Positions 40,396 through 50,028 of a DNA stretch of 64,000 nt are shown here, piece after piece. The stretch spans positions 19,594 to 83,593 of the forward strand of contig CAYTJQ010000006.1 in assembly GCA_964438205.1 (NCBI GenBank). Direction: 5' to 3'. Below the pieces are notes generated by a model. It had not been told where the DNA came from. It saw only the letters and a list, made by a program, of their open reading frames with translations, and made no database searches. The translations under genes were made by a program, and so were the position numbers. Positions within the stretch are counted from its first letter, which is position 1, and every line of letters starts with the position of its first letter. Source of the DNA: an uncultured Alteromonadaceae bacterium. Its GTDB lineage: Bacteria; Pseudomonadota; Gammaproteobacteria; Pseudomonadales; Halieaceae.

Positions 40396-40838
40396 AACGC
40401 GTTGAACTGTTCACCGACGGGGCCTGCCGCGGCAACCCGGGGCCCGGCGGCTGGGGCGTGCTCCTGCGCTATGGCGACCGCGAGCGCGAGCTCTACGGCG
40501 GCGAACCGGCCACGACCAATAACCGCATGGAGCTGCGCGCCGCCATCGAGGGCCTGAGAGCCCTGCGGGAACCCTGCGAGGTCACCCTCACGACTGACTC
40601 CACCTATGTCATGAAAGGGCTCACGGAGTGGTTGCCCGGCTGGAAGGCGCGGGGCTGGCGCACCGCCGGCAGGAAGCCGGTGAAGAACGCGGAGCTCTGG
40701 CAGGCACTCGACGCGGAGGCCGGACGCCACCAGGTGCGCTGGGAGTGGGTAAAGGGTCACAGCGGCCACGAGGGCAACGAGCGCGCCGACGCGCTCGCCA
40801 ACCGGGGCATCGACGAACTCCGGGTGGAGGCACCATGA
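40392..40838 (+). CDS. rnhA: Ribonuclease HI
   Basis: 148 aa with [15 protein letters not shown] and the [11 protein letters not shown] motif. Confidence 0.93.
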   Translation: MKRVELFTDGACRGNPGPGGWGVLLRYGDRERELYGGEPATTNNRMELRAAIEGLRALREPCEVTLTTDSTYVMKGLTEWLPGWKARGWRTAGRKPVKNAELWQALDAEAGRHQVRWEWVKGHSGHEGNERADALANRGIDELRVEAP

Positions 40839-41551
40839 GACAGGTCGTACTGGACACGGAAACCACGGGCCTCGAGGTCAGCCAGGGCCACCGGGTCATC
40901 GAGATCGGCTGCGTCGAGGTGCTGAACCGGCGCCTGACCGGCCGCCACTTCCACCACTACATCAACCCGGAGCGGGAGATCGATCCCGGCGCCATCGAGG
41001 TGCACGGCATCACCAACGAGTTCCTCGCCGACAAGCCGACCTTCACCCGCGTTGCTCCGGCCTTCCTGGCGTTCATCGAGGGTGCTGAGCTGGTGATTCA
41101 CAACGCGCCTTTCGACGTCGGCTTCCTCGACAGCGAGCTGCGCCGGGTCGATGGGGGAGAGCCGGGGCTCGCCGCGCGCTGCCGCGTGGTCGACACGCTG
41201 CTCATGGCCCGCGACCGGCACCCGGGCCAACGCAACAACCTGGACAGCCTGTGCCAGCGCTACCATGTGGACAACGCCTCCCGGGAGCTGCACGGGGCCC
41301 TCCTCGACGCGGAGATCCTCGCGGACGTCTACCTGGCCATGACTGGCGGCCAGACAACCTTCGAACTGGAGGCCTCGAGCCGCGCCGGTGAAGGGCAGGG
41401 GGGCGGCGCGGAGCCGCGTCGGCTTCCGGCGGGCCGGCCGCGGTTGCCGGTCCTCGAGCCCAGCGCGGCGGAGCTTGCTGCCCACGAGGCGGCCCTCGAT
41501 GCAGTTGCCGCCAGCAACGGTGGGGCGGTGGCCTGGCGGCGCGAGCGATGA
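40835..41551 (+). CDS. dnaQ: DNA polymerase III epsilon (proofreading exonuclease)
   Basis: [13 protein letters not shown] (ExoI) and [15 protein letters not shown] (ExoIII). ATGA overlap with rnhA. The track ORF is trimmed from 40628. Confidence 0.93.
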   Translation: MRQVVLDTETTGLEVSQGHRVIEIGCVEVLNRRLTGRHFHHYINPEREIDPGAIEVHGITNEFLADKPTFTRVAPAFLAFIEGAELVIHNAPFDVGFLDSELRRVDGGEPGLAARCRVVDTLLMARDRHPGQRNNLDSLCQRYHVDNASRELHGALLDAEILADVYLAMTGGQTTFELEASSRAGEGQGGGAEPRRLPAGRPRLPVLEPSAAELAAHEAALDAVAASNGGAVAWRRER

Positions 41552-41617
41552 ACCGGCACTAGCGCCCTGATCGGCGCGACCGTCGCGGGCGCTGGACTCC
41601 ACGCGTAAAATCGCTAC

Positions 41618-41663
41618 CATTGCATCCCTCGCAGATCAGAGGCACCCCTGCAATGCGGTTTTT
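41618..41663 (+). terminator. Hairpin plus T-run after dnaQ and upstream of the mrp cluster
   Basis: CATTGCA...(inner CCTC/GAGG)...TGCAATG, followed after 3 nt by TTTTT. It could instead be a leader structure for the mrp operon. Confidence 0.4.
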
Positions 41664-41705
41664 CCTTCCGAAACTCCTAGAGCGGCACTGCCGGCCCGGT
41701 CGCTG

Positions 41706-42179
41706 ATGCGCTATCTCGGCCTGCTTGTCGTGTTCTCTCTGGTCTGGCTGTTCCTTTCCGGACTCATGAAGCCCCTCGTGCTCGGCCTCGGTTTCGTGTC
41801 CTGCCTGCTCTGCGTCTGGCTGGCTGGACGCATGCATCCGGTCGAGGGTGAGACGGGCGGGCGTTTGCGCCCCCTTCGTCTTCTTGTCTACCTGCCGTGG
41901 CTGCTGAAAGAAATCGTGCTCGCCAACCTGCAGGTCATCCGCGTCGTGCTCAGCCCACGTATAGAGATCGACCCGGTGCTGTTTCGCCTCCGGGCCACCC
42001 AGCGCTCGGCGCTGGCGAGGGTGATCTACGGCAACTCGATCACCCTGACACCGGGGACCCTGACGCTCGATGTAGACGGCGAAGACTTACTCGTGCACGC
42101 CCTGGATCGACCCGGCGCCGAGGGGCTGCGAGGCGGAGACATGGATCGTCGCGTCACGGCACTGGAGGCTGACCAATGA
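41706..42179 (+). CDS. mrpE: Mrp-type cation:proton antiporter subunit E
   Basis: 157 aa, MnhE-like (WLLKEIVLANLQVIRVVLSP...ITLTPGTLTLD). Confidence 0.8.
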   Translation: MRYLGLLVVFSLVWLFLSGLMKPLVLGLGFVSCLLCVWLAGRMHPVEGETGGRLRPLRLLVYLPWLLKEIVLANLQVIRVVLSPRIEIDPVLFRLRATQRSALARVIYGNSITLTPGTLTLDVDGEDLLVHALDRPGAEGLRGGDMDRRVTALEADQ

Positions 42180-42466
42180 TTTTCTACCCGGTGCTGTTCG
42201 CGCTCATCGCGACCATGGCCCTCGCCCTGGCGCGGGCGCTGCTCGGTCCCTCCCTCTATGACCGGGTACTGGCGGTGAACATGTTCGGCACCAAGACCGT
42301 GCTCTTTCTCGCCGTCACCGCGTTCATGCTCGGGCGCCCGGATTTTCTCGATCTGGCGCTGGCCTATGCGCTGATCAACTTCATCGGCGTGCTCGCCGTG
42401 CTGCAGTTTTTCCAGTCCCGGGAAATCCGCCGGCGCTTCGAACGCCAGGGAGGGACAGCGGAATGA
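42176..42466 (+). CDS. mrpF: Mrp-type antiporter subunit F
   Basis: 96 aa, 3 TM, with LLGPSLYDRVLAVNMFGTK typical of MnhF. ATGA overlaps on both sides. Confidence 0.8.
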   Translation: MIFYPVLFALIATMALALARALLGPSLYDRVLAVNMFGTKTVLFLAVTAFMLGRPDFLDLALAYALINFIGVLAVLQFFQSREIRRRFERQGGTAE

Positions 42467-42810
42467 CCGGTGCGATCGACCTGGTGAGCCTGGCGCTGAT
42501 GTTCGCCGGCGGATTCTGCGTGTTTGTCGGCGGCGTCGGTATTCTGCGGCTGCCGGATCTGTACACGCGGATGCATGCGGCGAGCATCACCGATACGGCC
42601 GGCCCCTTGCTCGTTCTCGCCGGGCTGGCGTTGCAGGCGGGCTGGAGCCTGGCGCTGTTCAAGCTCGCGGTCATCCTCGTCTTCCTGTTCATCACCTCGC
42701 CCACGGCGGCCTATGCGCTCGGCAATGCGGCCATGGTTTCCGGCTACCGCCCGGCGATCCTCAGTGACGAGCGCGGCGGTGCGCACGGGCAGGGCAGGGA
42801 ACGCTCGTGA
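42463..42810 (+). CDS. mrpG: Mrp-type antiporter subunit G
   Basis: 115 aa with GVGILRLPDLYTRMHAASITDT typical of MnhG. Confidence 0.8.
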   Translation: MTGAIDLVSLALMFAGGFCVFVGGVGILRLPDLYTRMHAASITDTAGPLLVLAGLALQAGWSLALFKLAVILVFLFITSPTAAYALGNAAMVSGYRPAILSDERGGAHGQGRERS

Positions 42811-43802
42811 CGCTGGTCTTCGGAGTATTCCTGCTGCTGCTGCTGGTCATCGTGGCCCTGGCCATTGTGCGCAGCGAGGATCTGTTTGCCGCGGTCATGC
42901 TATCCGGGATCTTCTCCCTGCTCATGGCCGTCAACTTCTTCCTCCTCGACGCTGCAGATGTTGCTCTCACCGAGGCAGCCGTCGGCGCGGGGGTGGCAAC
43001 GGTGCTGTTCCTCGGGGCGCTGGCACTGACCGGCAAGAAGGAAGCGCCGCACCCGGTGGGGCAGCGCGGCCGCTGGCTTGCACTTACCGTGGCCTCTGCC
43101 ACTGCTGCATTGCTTTTCTACGCCAGCCTGGAGAATCCCGCGATCGGCGACGGCAACGCCCCGGTCCACCAGCATGTCGCGCCCTGGTATCTCAAGCACA
43201 CCCCGGCGCTCATCGACATCCCCAACGTCGTTACCGCGGTGCTCGGTTCTTTCCGAGGCTTTGACACGCTGGGTGAAGTATTCGTCGTCTTTACCGCCGG
43301 CATCGGGGTCATGTCTATCCTCGGTGTACGCCACACGCTGGTCGAGCTTTCCGGCGGCGAGCTGGATGCACGCCAGCGCTCGCTGCGTCATCACCTGATC
43401 CCGCGCATTGTCGGCCGCGGCATGGTGCCGCTCATCATGCTGTTCGCGTTCTACGTGCAGTTTCATGGCGAGTACAGCCCTGGCGGCGGCTTCCAGGCGG
43501 GCGCCATAGCGGCGGCGGCAATCATTCTCTACTCGCTCCTCGAAGGGGACGACCGGGGCCGGGAACTGCTTCCGGAGTGGCTGCTGCGTCTGATGGTGGC
43601 GGGGGGAGCCCTGCTCTACGGCGGCGTGGGACTCGTCTGCATGCTGCTCGGGGGTAACTTCCTGGACTATTCCGTGCTTTCCAGCGTGCCTTCGGCGGGG
43701 CAGCACCTCGGTCTGCTGCTCATCGAGCTCGGCGTCGGCATTACCGTCACCGGCGTTCTCCTGTCGGTTTTCCACGCCTTTGCCCGCCGCGCCAGTCGCT
43801 GA
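42807..43802 (+). CDS. Fused MrpA-C-terminal-like (DUF4040) plus MrpB/MnhB subunit
   Basis: 331 aa. After an N-terminal roughly 85-aa hydrophobic module come the MnhB signatures NVVTAVLGSFRGFDTLGE and YSPGGGFQAG. GTGA overlap with mrpG. Confidence 0.75.
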   Translation: MTLVFGVFLLLLLVIVALAIVRSEDLFAAVMLSGIFSLLMAVNFFLLDAADVALTEAAVGAGVATVLFLGALALTGKKEAPHPVGQRGRWLALTVASATAALLFYASLENPAIGDGNAPVHQHVAPWYLKHTPALIDIPNVVTAVLGSFRGFDTLGEVFVVFTAGIGVMSILGVRHTLVELSGGELDARQRSLRHHLIPRIVGRGMVPLIMLFAFYVQFHGEYSPGGGFQAGAIAAAAIILYSLLEGDDRGRELLPEWLLRLMVAGGALLYGGVGLVCMLLGGNFLDYSVLSSVPSAGQHLGLLLIELGVGITVTGVLLSVFHAFARRASR

Positions 43803-43811
43803 GATCCGAAG

Positions 43812-44171
43812 ATGGCTATCCTCGCTTATTTCAACTACTGGGTGTTTGCTGTGCTGCTGGTCATCGGGCTGTACGCGGTGATCGCCAAGACCAACCTGGT
43901 CAAACAGCTCATCGGGTTGTCCATTTTCCAGGGCGCGGTGTTCCTGCTCTACATTTCGATGAACAAGGTCGAGGGCGGCACTGCCCCGATCTTCCTCAAC
44001 GGAGAAACCGAACGTATCTTCTCCAATCCGCTTCCGCAGGTGCTGATCCTGACGGCGATCGTGGTCGGTATCGCGACAACGGCCCTTGGCCTCGCTGTGG
44101 TCGTGCGTATCCGCGAGGAGTACGGGACCGTGGAAGAAGACGATATCAAGGCCCAGGACATCGGCTCATGA
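43812..44171 (+). CDS. mrpC: Mrp-type antiporter subunit C (NuoK-like)
   Basis: 119 aa, 3 TM (LIGLSIFQGAVFLLYIS...PLPQVLILTAIVV). Confidence 0.8.
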   Translation: MAILAYFNYWVFAVLLVIGLYAVIAKTNLVKQLIGLSIFQGAVFLLYISMNKVEGGTAPIFLNGETERIFSNPLPQVLILTAIVVGIATTALGLAVVVRIREEYGTVEEDDIKAQDIGS

Positions 44172-45658
44172 GTATCCAGGCCCACCTGCCGGCGCTGCAG
44201 ATCGTGGTGCCGCTGCTCCTGGCGCCGGTGGTCACGCTGCTCCGGGTTCCGTCTTTGCCCTGGGCGGCGAGCACGGCCACCAGCGCGCTGACCTTCGCCC
44301 TGGCGATCGCGCTCGCGGGACAGGTCGAGACCATGGGCGCCGTGAGCTATGCGGTCGGTGGCTGGCTGCCTCCGCACGGGATTGAGCTGGCCGTGGATCA
44401 GTTCTCGGTGCTTCTGCTGCTCATTATCAGTGGGGCGTCGACTGCCGCGCTGTTGTTCGGAAAAGCCAGCCTGGACCAGGAGATCGGGCAGGAGCGGGCG
44501 CCGCTGTTCTTCGCTGCCTGGCTGCTGGTGCTCGCCGCGCTCTGCGGGATGGTCACCACAGGCGATGCCTTCAACCTCTTCGTTTTCCTGGAGATTTCGT
44601 CCCTGGCCAGCTATGTACTCATCGCGGCCGGGCCCGATCGACGGGCGCTCATGGCGACGCACCGCTACATCATCCTCGGGACGCTGGGGGCCACCTTCTA
44701 CCTGATCGGCGTCGGTCTCATCTACATGATGACCGGGACCCTGAACCTTGCCGACATGGCCCTGCGCATCGGCGACGTGGCAGAGCTTCGCCCCGTCCTG
44801 GTCGCCGCCGGCTTCATTACCATGGGCCTGGCGCTGAAGGCAGCCATGTTCCCTGTGCACGCCTGGATGCCGAACGCCTACGCGTTCGCGCCCCACGTGG
44901 TCAGCGTCTTCCTGGCCGCCTGCGCCACCAAGGCCGCGCTGTATGTGCTGATCCGCTTTGATTTGGTGGTATTTCTACCGCACCTTTCCGAGCACGCAGC
45001 CCAGGTCAGCCTCTTCTTCATTCCGCTGGCGGTTATCGCCTTCCTCGTCGGCTCAACGGTCGCCGTTTTCGAGCGCAACCTGAAGCGGATGCTCGGTTAC
45101 TCCTCCGTTGCACAGATCGGCTACATTCTGCTCGGGCTGGCGCTGCTCACGCCGCTCGCGCTCACCGGCGCCATCGTGCACCTCTTCAACCACGCGCTTA
45201 TCAAGGGTGCCCTGTTCATGGCGGTCGTCTGTATCGCCCATCGCACCGGCAGCGTGCAGCTGCCGGCGATCGCCGGCTGTGCCCGGGCCATGCCCCTGAC
45301 CATGGCGGCATTCGTCGTGGCGGGCCTGTCGATGATCGGCGTGCCGCTTACGGTCGGTTTCGTCTCCAAGTGGTATCTGGTCCAGGCCTGCCTGGCGTTC
45401 GGCGTGCCCGGCTACGGGCTCGCTGCGGCGCTGCTCCTGTCCTCGCTGCTTGCCGTCGTCTACGTCTGGAAAGTCGTTGAGGCGGCCTACTTCAAGCCGC
45501 GGCCCGAGGAAGCGCCGGCGCTGCGCGAGGCACCGCCTGCGATGCTGGCCACGCTCTGGCTGGTGACCCTGGCGAACCTCTGGTTCGGCATTGACAGCAG
45601 CCTGCCCCTGGGGCTGGCCCGCGCCGCGACCGCTACGCTGCTGGGTGAGGCGCCATGA
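44168..45658 (+). CDS. MrpD/NuoN-like antiporter subunit (copy 1)
   Basis: 496 aa, proton-conducting membrane transporter family (PVHAWMPNAY, YSSVAQIGYILLG). Confidence 0.85.
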   Translation: MSIQAHLPALQIVVPLLLAPVVTLLRVPSLPWAASTATSALTFALAIALAGQVETMGAVSYAVGGWLPPHGIELAVDQFSVLLLLIISGASTAALLFGKASLDQEIGQERAPLFFAAWLLVLAALCGMVTTGDAFNLFVFLEISSLASYVLIAAGPDRRALMATHRYIILGTLGATFYLIGVGLIYMMTGTLNLADMALRIGDVAELRPVLVAAGFITMGLALKAAMFPVHAWMPNAYAFAPHVVSVFLAACATKAALYVLIRFDLVVFLPHLSEHAAQVSLFFIPLAVIAFLVGSTVAVFERNLKRMLGYSSVAQIGYILLGLALLTPLALTGAIVHLFNHALIKGALFMAVVCIAHRTGSVQLPAIAGCARAMPLTMAAFVVAGLSMIGVPLTVGFVSKWYLVQACLAFGVPGYGLAAALLLSSLLAVVYVWKVVEAAYFKPRPEEAPALREAPPAMLATLWLVTLANLWFGIDSSLPLGLARAATATLLGEAP

Positions 45659-47115
45659 CCTCGGAACAGTTGCTGGTCATTGCCCTGGTGCTGCCGCTGG
45701 TCGGCGCGGTCGGCATCGCCGCGGCGGGTCGTTTCCCGAACCTGCGCGAGGCCGTGACCCTGGTGACGGCCGGCGCACTTGCACTCACGGTCTGGAGTCT
45801 CGTCCCGGCCGTGCTGGCGGGCGCCGCGCCACGGCTGGAGCTTGCAACGCTCTTCAACGGGCTCTCTCTTGCTTTCCACGTCGAGCCCCTTGGCATGCTG
45901 TTCGCCGCACTTGCCGCAACGCTTTGGATCGTCAATTCGATCTACTCCATCGGCTACATGCGGGGCAACAACGAGAAGCACCAGACCCGTTTCTATATCG
46001 CCTTTGCCGTCGCCATCTTCGCCGCCCTGGGCGCCGCCTTTGCCGGCAACCTGCTGACGCTGTTCGTGTTCTACGAGATCCTGACGATCTCCACCTACCC
46101 TCTGGTGAGTCACAAGGGCGATGCGGCCACCGTGCGCTCCGCCCGGGTTTACCTGGGCCTGCTGCTCGCAACCTCCATCGGGCTGCTGCTGCCCGCCATT
46201 ATCTGGACCTATGCGCAGGCGGGCACGCTGGATTTCACTCCGGGCGGTATCCTCGCCGGCACCGGACCCCTGGCCCTGGGCGTGCTGCTCGCCCTGTTTG
46301 CCTTCGGCACGGCGAAAGCGGGGCTGATGCCCGTGCACCGCTGGCTCCCGGCGGCCATGGTGGCGCCGACGCCGGTGTCCGCACTCCTCCACGCGGTGGC
46401 GGTGGTCAAGGCCGGTGTCTTTACTATCCTGAAAGTCGTGATCTATGTCTTCGGTGTGGAGACCCTGGCCGACGCGGGGGCCCAGCAGTGGCTGGTGTGG
46501 GTGGCCAGCGGAACCATCGTCCTGGCCTCGCTGATCGCGATGACCAAGGACAATCTCAAGGCGCGCCTGGCCTATTCGACGGTGAGCCAGCTTTCCTACA
46601 TCGTCCTCGGCGCCGCGCTGGCGACGGCTTCCGGCATCATCGGTGCGGCCATGCACATCGTCACCCATGCCGCCGGCAAGATCACGCTGTTCTTCTGTGC
46701 TGGCGCCATCTACACCGCGCTGCACAAGACCCTGGTCAGCGAGCTGCGGGGGCTGGGCCGCACCATGCCCTTTACCTTTGCCGCCTTCACCATCGCCGCA
46801 CTTAGCATTATTGGCCTGCCGCCCCTTGGCGGCGCCTGGAGCAAGTGGTTCCTGGTGCTGGGCGCCCTTGAAGCCGGGGAACTGGTGGCGGTAGCGGTGC
46901 TGATGCTTTCCTCGCTGTTGAATATCGTGTACCTGCTGCAGATTCCGCTGCTTGCCTTCTTCCGGGAGCCGGCTGCCGGCGACGAGTTCCGGGGCGTACG
47001 CGAGGCACCGCTGCCCAGCCTGATCGCGATCGGCGTCACCTCCCTGCTGTGTGTCGCGCTTTTCTTCGCGGCGGAACCCCTTTACCAGTGGGCCCGGCTG
47101 CTGCCATCGGGATGA
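45655..47115 (+). CDS. MrpD/NuoM-like antiporter subunit (copy 2)
   Basis: 486 aa (MPVHRWLPAAMVAPTPVSALLHAVAVVKAG, YSTVSQLSYIVLG). Confidence 0.85.
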   Translation: MTSEQLLVIALVLPLVGAVGIAAAGRFPNLREAVTLVTAGALALTVWSLVPAVLAGAAPRLELATLFNGLSLAFHVEPLGMLFAALAATLWIVNSIYSIGYMRGNNEKHQTRFYIAFAVAIFAALGAAFAGNLLTLFVFYEILTISTYPLVSHKGDAATVRSARVYLGLLLATSIGLLLPAIIWTYAQAGTLDFTPGGILAGTGPLALGVLLALFAFGTAKAGLMPVHRWLPAAMVAPTPVSALLHAVAVVKAGVFTILKVVIYVFGVETLADAGAQQWLVWVASGTIVLASLIAMTKDNLKARLAYSTVSQLSYIVLGAALATASGIIGAAMHIVTHAAGKITLFFCAGAIYTALHKTLVSELRGLGRTMPFTFAAFTIAALSIIGLPPLGGAWSKWFLVLGALEAGELVAVAVLMLSSLLNIVYLLQIPLLAFFREPAAGDEFRGVREAPLPSLIAIGVTSLLCVALFFAAEPLYQWARLLPSG

Positions 47116-47125
47116 GGACCGCGCC

Positions 47126-47419
47126 ATGAAGGAACGGGACATGAACGAACCGGCCGTGAAAGACCCGGAGAAAGACCCGGAGAAAAAGCATCTTTTCGAT
47201 GATCCGCGTAACGTGCGCCGGCTCATGTACGCACTCTACGCCCTGTGCGGCCTGAGCCTGGTGCTGGACTTCGTCATACATCGCCACGTCGATCACCCCT
47301 GGGAGGCGCTCTGGGGATTCTACTGCCTGTACGGCTTTGTCGCCTGCGTACTGCTGGTACTGGTCGCCAAGGAGATGCGCAAGGTGCTGATGCGCGGAGA
47401 AGACTACTACGATGAATAG
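47126..47419 (+). CDS. Small 2-TM membrane protein embedded in the mrp cluster
   Basis: 97 aa from ATG 47126, with GAGGA 7 nt upstream. Charged N-terminus containing a KDPEKDPEK repeat, then two hydrophobic spans. Its stop overlaps the next start (ATGAATAG). Confidence 0.55.
   Translation: MKERDMNEPAVKDPEKDPEKKHLFDDPRNVRRLMYALYALCGLSLVLDFVIHRHVDHPWEALWGFYCLYGFVACVLLVLVAKEMRKVLMRGEDYYDE
47159..47182 (+). repeat. Perfect 12-nt tandem duplication inside the small ORF
   Basis: AAAGACCCGGAG occurs twice in tandem, encoding KDPE-KDPE. Confidence 0.9.
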
Positions 47420-49100
47420 TGTCGCACCGTTTCTCATTTTCTATGCCGGCGGCGTTCTCATGGCCCTGGTGCCCGACGCGCAGCGCCGGCTGCTTGCGCT
47501 GGCCGTACCGCTCCTCGGCGCCTGGAACCTTTACGGCCTCGAAGCGGGAGCCAGCGGTACGCTGACCCTCTTCGACCTGACGCTGGTGCTGGTAAAGGTG
47601 GACCGGCTCAGCGAGCTCTTCGGTTACCTGTTCCATCTGGCTGCCTTTCTCGGTTTTATCTATGCCTTCTCGCTGCGCGACCGGATGCAGCAGGTGGCGG
47701 CGATGCTCTACGCGGGCAGCGCCCTGGGGGCGGTCTTTGCCGGAGACCTGCTGACGCTGTTCGTGTTCTGGGAACTGCTCGCGCTGACTTCAGTGTTCCT
47801 GGTGCTTGCGCGGCGCACGGCGCGCGCCTTCGGCGCGGCCATGCGCTACCTGGTGATCCAGGTCGGTTCCGGCGTGCTGCTGCTGGCGGGCGCGCTGGTC
47901 GTCATCGCCGAGACCGGCGATGCGGGCTTCACCCGCATGAGTCTTGATGGCCTGGGCCCCTGGCTCATTTTCCTCGCCATCGGCGTCAAGTGCTGCTTCC
48001 CGGGGCTGCACAACTGGCTCACGGACGCCTACCCGGAGTCGACCCCGGCGGGCACAGTGTTTCTTTCGGCTTTTACCACCAAGGTGGCGGTCTATGCCCT
48101 GGCCCGGTCCTTCCCGGGAACCGAACTGCTGGTCTATATCGGCGCGACCATGGCCATGTTCCCGATTTTCTTCGCAGTGATCGAGAACGATCTGCGCCGT
48201 GTGCTGGCCTACAGCCTGATCAACCAGGTGGGTTTCATGGTCTGCGGCATCGGCATCGGCACGGAACTGGCCATCAACGGCGCGGTCGCCCACGCCTTCA
48301 ACGATGTCGTCTTCAAGGGCCTGTTGTTCATGACCATGGGGGCGGTGCTGCTGCGCACGGGGCGTATTAACGGCTCGGAGCTCGGTGGCCTCTACAAGTC
48401 CATGCCATGGACCACGGGTTTCTGTATCGTCGGCGCCGCCTCCATCTCGGCCTTCCCGCTGTTTTCGGGTTTCGTGTCCAAGTCCATGGTGATGGTCGCC
48501 GCGCTCGAGGAGCACCACGAGATCGTCTGGCTCGCGCTGCTCTTCGCTTCTGCCGGCGTGTTCCACCATGCGGGTATCAAGATCCCCTATTTTGCCTTCT
48601 ACGCGCACGACTCGGGGCTGCGCTGCCGGGAAGCACCCACGAGCATGCTCGTGGCCATGGGCCTGGCGGCGGCGCTTTGCGTGTTCAACGGAACCTTCCC
48701 CTGGCTGCTCTACGACCGGCTGCCTTTCCCCGTGAGTTACGAACCCTATACGGCCGCGCACATCCTCACCCAGTGCCAGCTGCTGTTTTTCTCGGCGCTC
48801 GCCTTTGTCTGGCTCAACCTCAAGGGGCTCTACCCACCGGAGCTGCCGAGCACCAACCTCGACGTCGACTGGAGCTACCGGCGCCTGCTGCCGGCGGTCG
48901 CCGGCAGGGTGCGCTGGGCCGCGGGCGGCGCTTTCGGCCGGCTCGGTGAAGGCAGCCAGCGCTTGCTGGCGGGTGGGGTGGCCGGCAGCGAGGGGCTGCT
49001 GCTGCGGGTCGGACTGCTCGGCCGGGTCTGGTCGACGCGTACCATCGCCCTGTGGGTGCTCTTGTTGCTGGCGGGCTATATCTTCCTGGAGTATGTCTAG
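47412..49100 (+). CDS. MrpD/MrpA(NuoL)-like antiporter subunit (copy 3, longest)
   Basis: 562 aa, same transporter family (FPGLHNWLTDAYPESTPAGTVFLSAFTTK, YSLINQVGFMVCG). Confidence 0.8.
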   Translation: MNSVAPFLIFYAGGVLMALVPDAQRRLLALAVPLLGAWNLYGLEAGASGTLTLFDLTLVLVKVDRLSELFGYLFHLAAFLGFIYAFSLRDRMQQVAAMLYAGSALGAVFAGDLLTLFVFWELLALTSVFLVLARRTARAFGAAMRYLVIQVGSGVLLLAGALVVIAETGDAGFTRMSLDGLGPWLIFLAIGVKCCFPGLHNWLTDAYPESTPAGTVFLSAFTTKVAVYALARSFPGTELLVYIGATMAMFPIFFAVIENDLRRVLAYSLINQVGFMVCGIGIGTELAINGAVAHAFNDVVFKGLLFMTMGAVLLRTGRINGSELGGLYKSMPWTTGFCIVGAASISAFPLFSGFVSKSMVMVAALEEHHEIVWLALLFASAGVFHHAGIKIPYFAFYAHDSGLRCREAPTSMLVAMGLAAALCVFNGTFPWLLYDRLPFPVSYEPYTAAHILTQCQLLFFSALAFVWLNLKGLYPPELPSTNLDVDWSYRRLLPAVAGRVRWAAGGAFGRLGEGSQRLLAGGVAGSEGLLLRVGLLGRVWSTRTIALWVLLLLAGYIFLEYV

Positions 49101-49199
49101 TGGACTTGCGTCCCACGCTTCGCCGCGCAACGGGCGGCGGCGCAGTCCGGGTCGGGGGCCCGCCTTCCCATTGCCGTTACTGATGGGATACCGTCGCTA

Positions 49200-50009
49200 A
49201 TGTTCGAGTTTGAGTCAGCCCCGCCGGGAGACCGGGAGGACGCGCTCTATTTCGTTTTCCATGACGGGCAACTCGTCAGCGAGCTGGCCCGGGCCGATAC
49301 CCCGGCCTGGAGCGCGCGCCAGCTCGAGGCCAACGACTGGCCGGTGCGTCGAGAGCAGTTCATCGGTCGCTGGCGAGGGCAGCCCTGTTTCGCCGTAGAG
49401 ATCGAGGCTACGACCCTGGATCCGATGCGGCATCACTGCGGCAGCCTCTATCAACTCCTCGGCCGGGTGTCGGAGCCGCTCTTCGCCCTCGCGGGGCGTG
49501 CGGCGCAACTGCTCGCCTGGGAGCGCGATCACCGCTTCTGCGGCCGCTGCGGCGGGCCCATGGCGCTGGACGGGCGCGAGCGGGCCATGCGCTGCGAGGG
49601 CTGTGGACGCAGCGTTTATCCGCGCATTTCGCCCTGCGTGATCATGCTGGTGACACGCGGCGAGTACCTGCTGCTGGCGCGTAACGCCCGCGCCCGACGG
49701 CCGTTCTACAGTACCCTCGCCGGCTTCGTGGAAGCCGGCGAGAACCTCGAGCACTGCGTTGCCCGGGAGGTACGCGAGGAAGTGGGCGTGGAGGTCGAGG
49801 ACCTGCGCTACCACGGCTCCCAGCCCTGGCCCTTCCCGGACCAGCTCATGGTGGGCTTCCACGCGCGCTACGCCGGCGGCGACATCCACTGCGAGCCCGG
49901 TGAGATCGCGCATGCGGACTGGTTCCACTACCGGAACCTGCCGCCGGTGCCGCCGCCGCAATCGATCGCGGGGCAGCTTATCCAGACCTACATCGACGAA
50001 ATCGCCTGA
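49200..50009 (+). CDS. nudC: NADH pyrophosphatase (Nudix, zinc-ribbon)
   Basis: CGRCGGPM...CEGCG zinc ribbon and Nudix box GFVEAGENLEHCVAREVREEVGV. Confidence 0.88.
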   Translation: MFEFESAPPGDREDALYFVFHDGQLVSELARADTPAWSARQLEANDWPVRREQFIGRWRGQPCFAVEIEATTLDPMRHHCGSLYQLLGRVSEPLFALAGRAAQLLAWERDHRFCGRCGGPMALDGRERAMRCEGCGRSVYPRISPCVIMLVTRGEYLLLARNARARRPFYSTLAGFVEAGENLEHCVAREVREEVGVEVEDLRYHGSQPWPFPDQLMVGFHARYAGGDIHCEPGEIAHADWFHYRNLPPVPPPQSIAGQLIQTYIDEIA

Positions 50010-50028
50010 GGGCGGGGGAGCAGGGCAC

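Noticed and set aside
41552-41705. A tRNA gene downstream of dnaQ, as with aspV in E. coli.
   Set aside because: There is no cloverleaf-compatible sequence or T-loop (GTTCGAATC-like) motif, only a hairpin with a T-run. Likewise, I recognised no tRNA, rRNA or tmRNA anywhere in the window by eye, but a tRNAscan or Infernal run would be needed to be sure.
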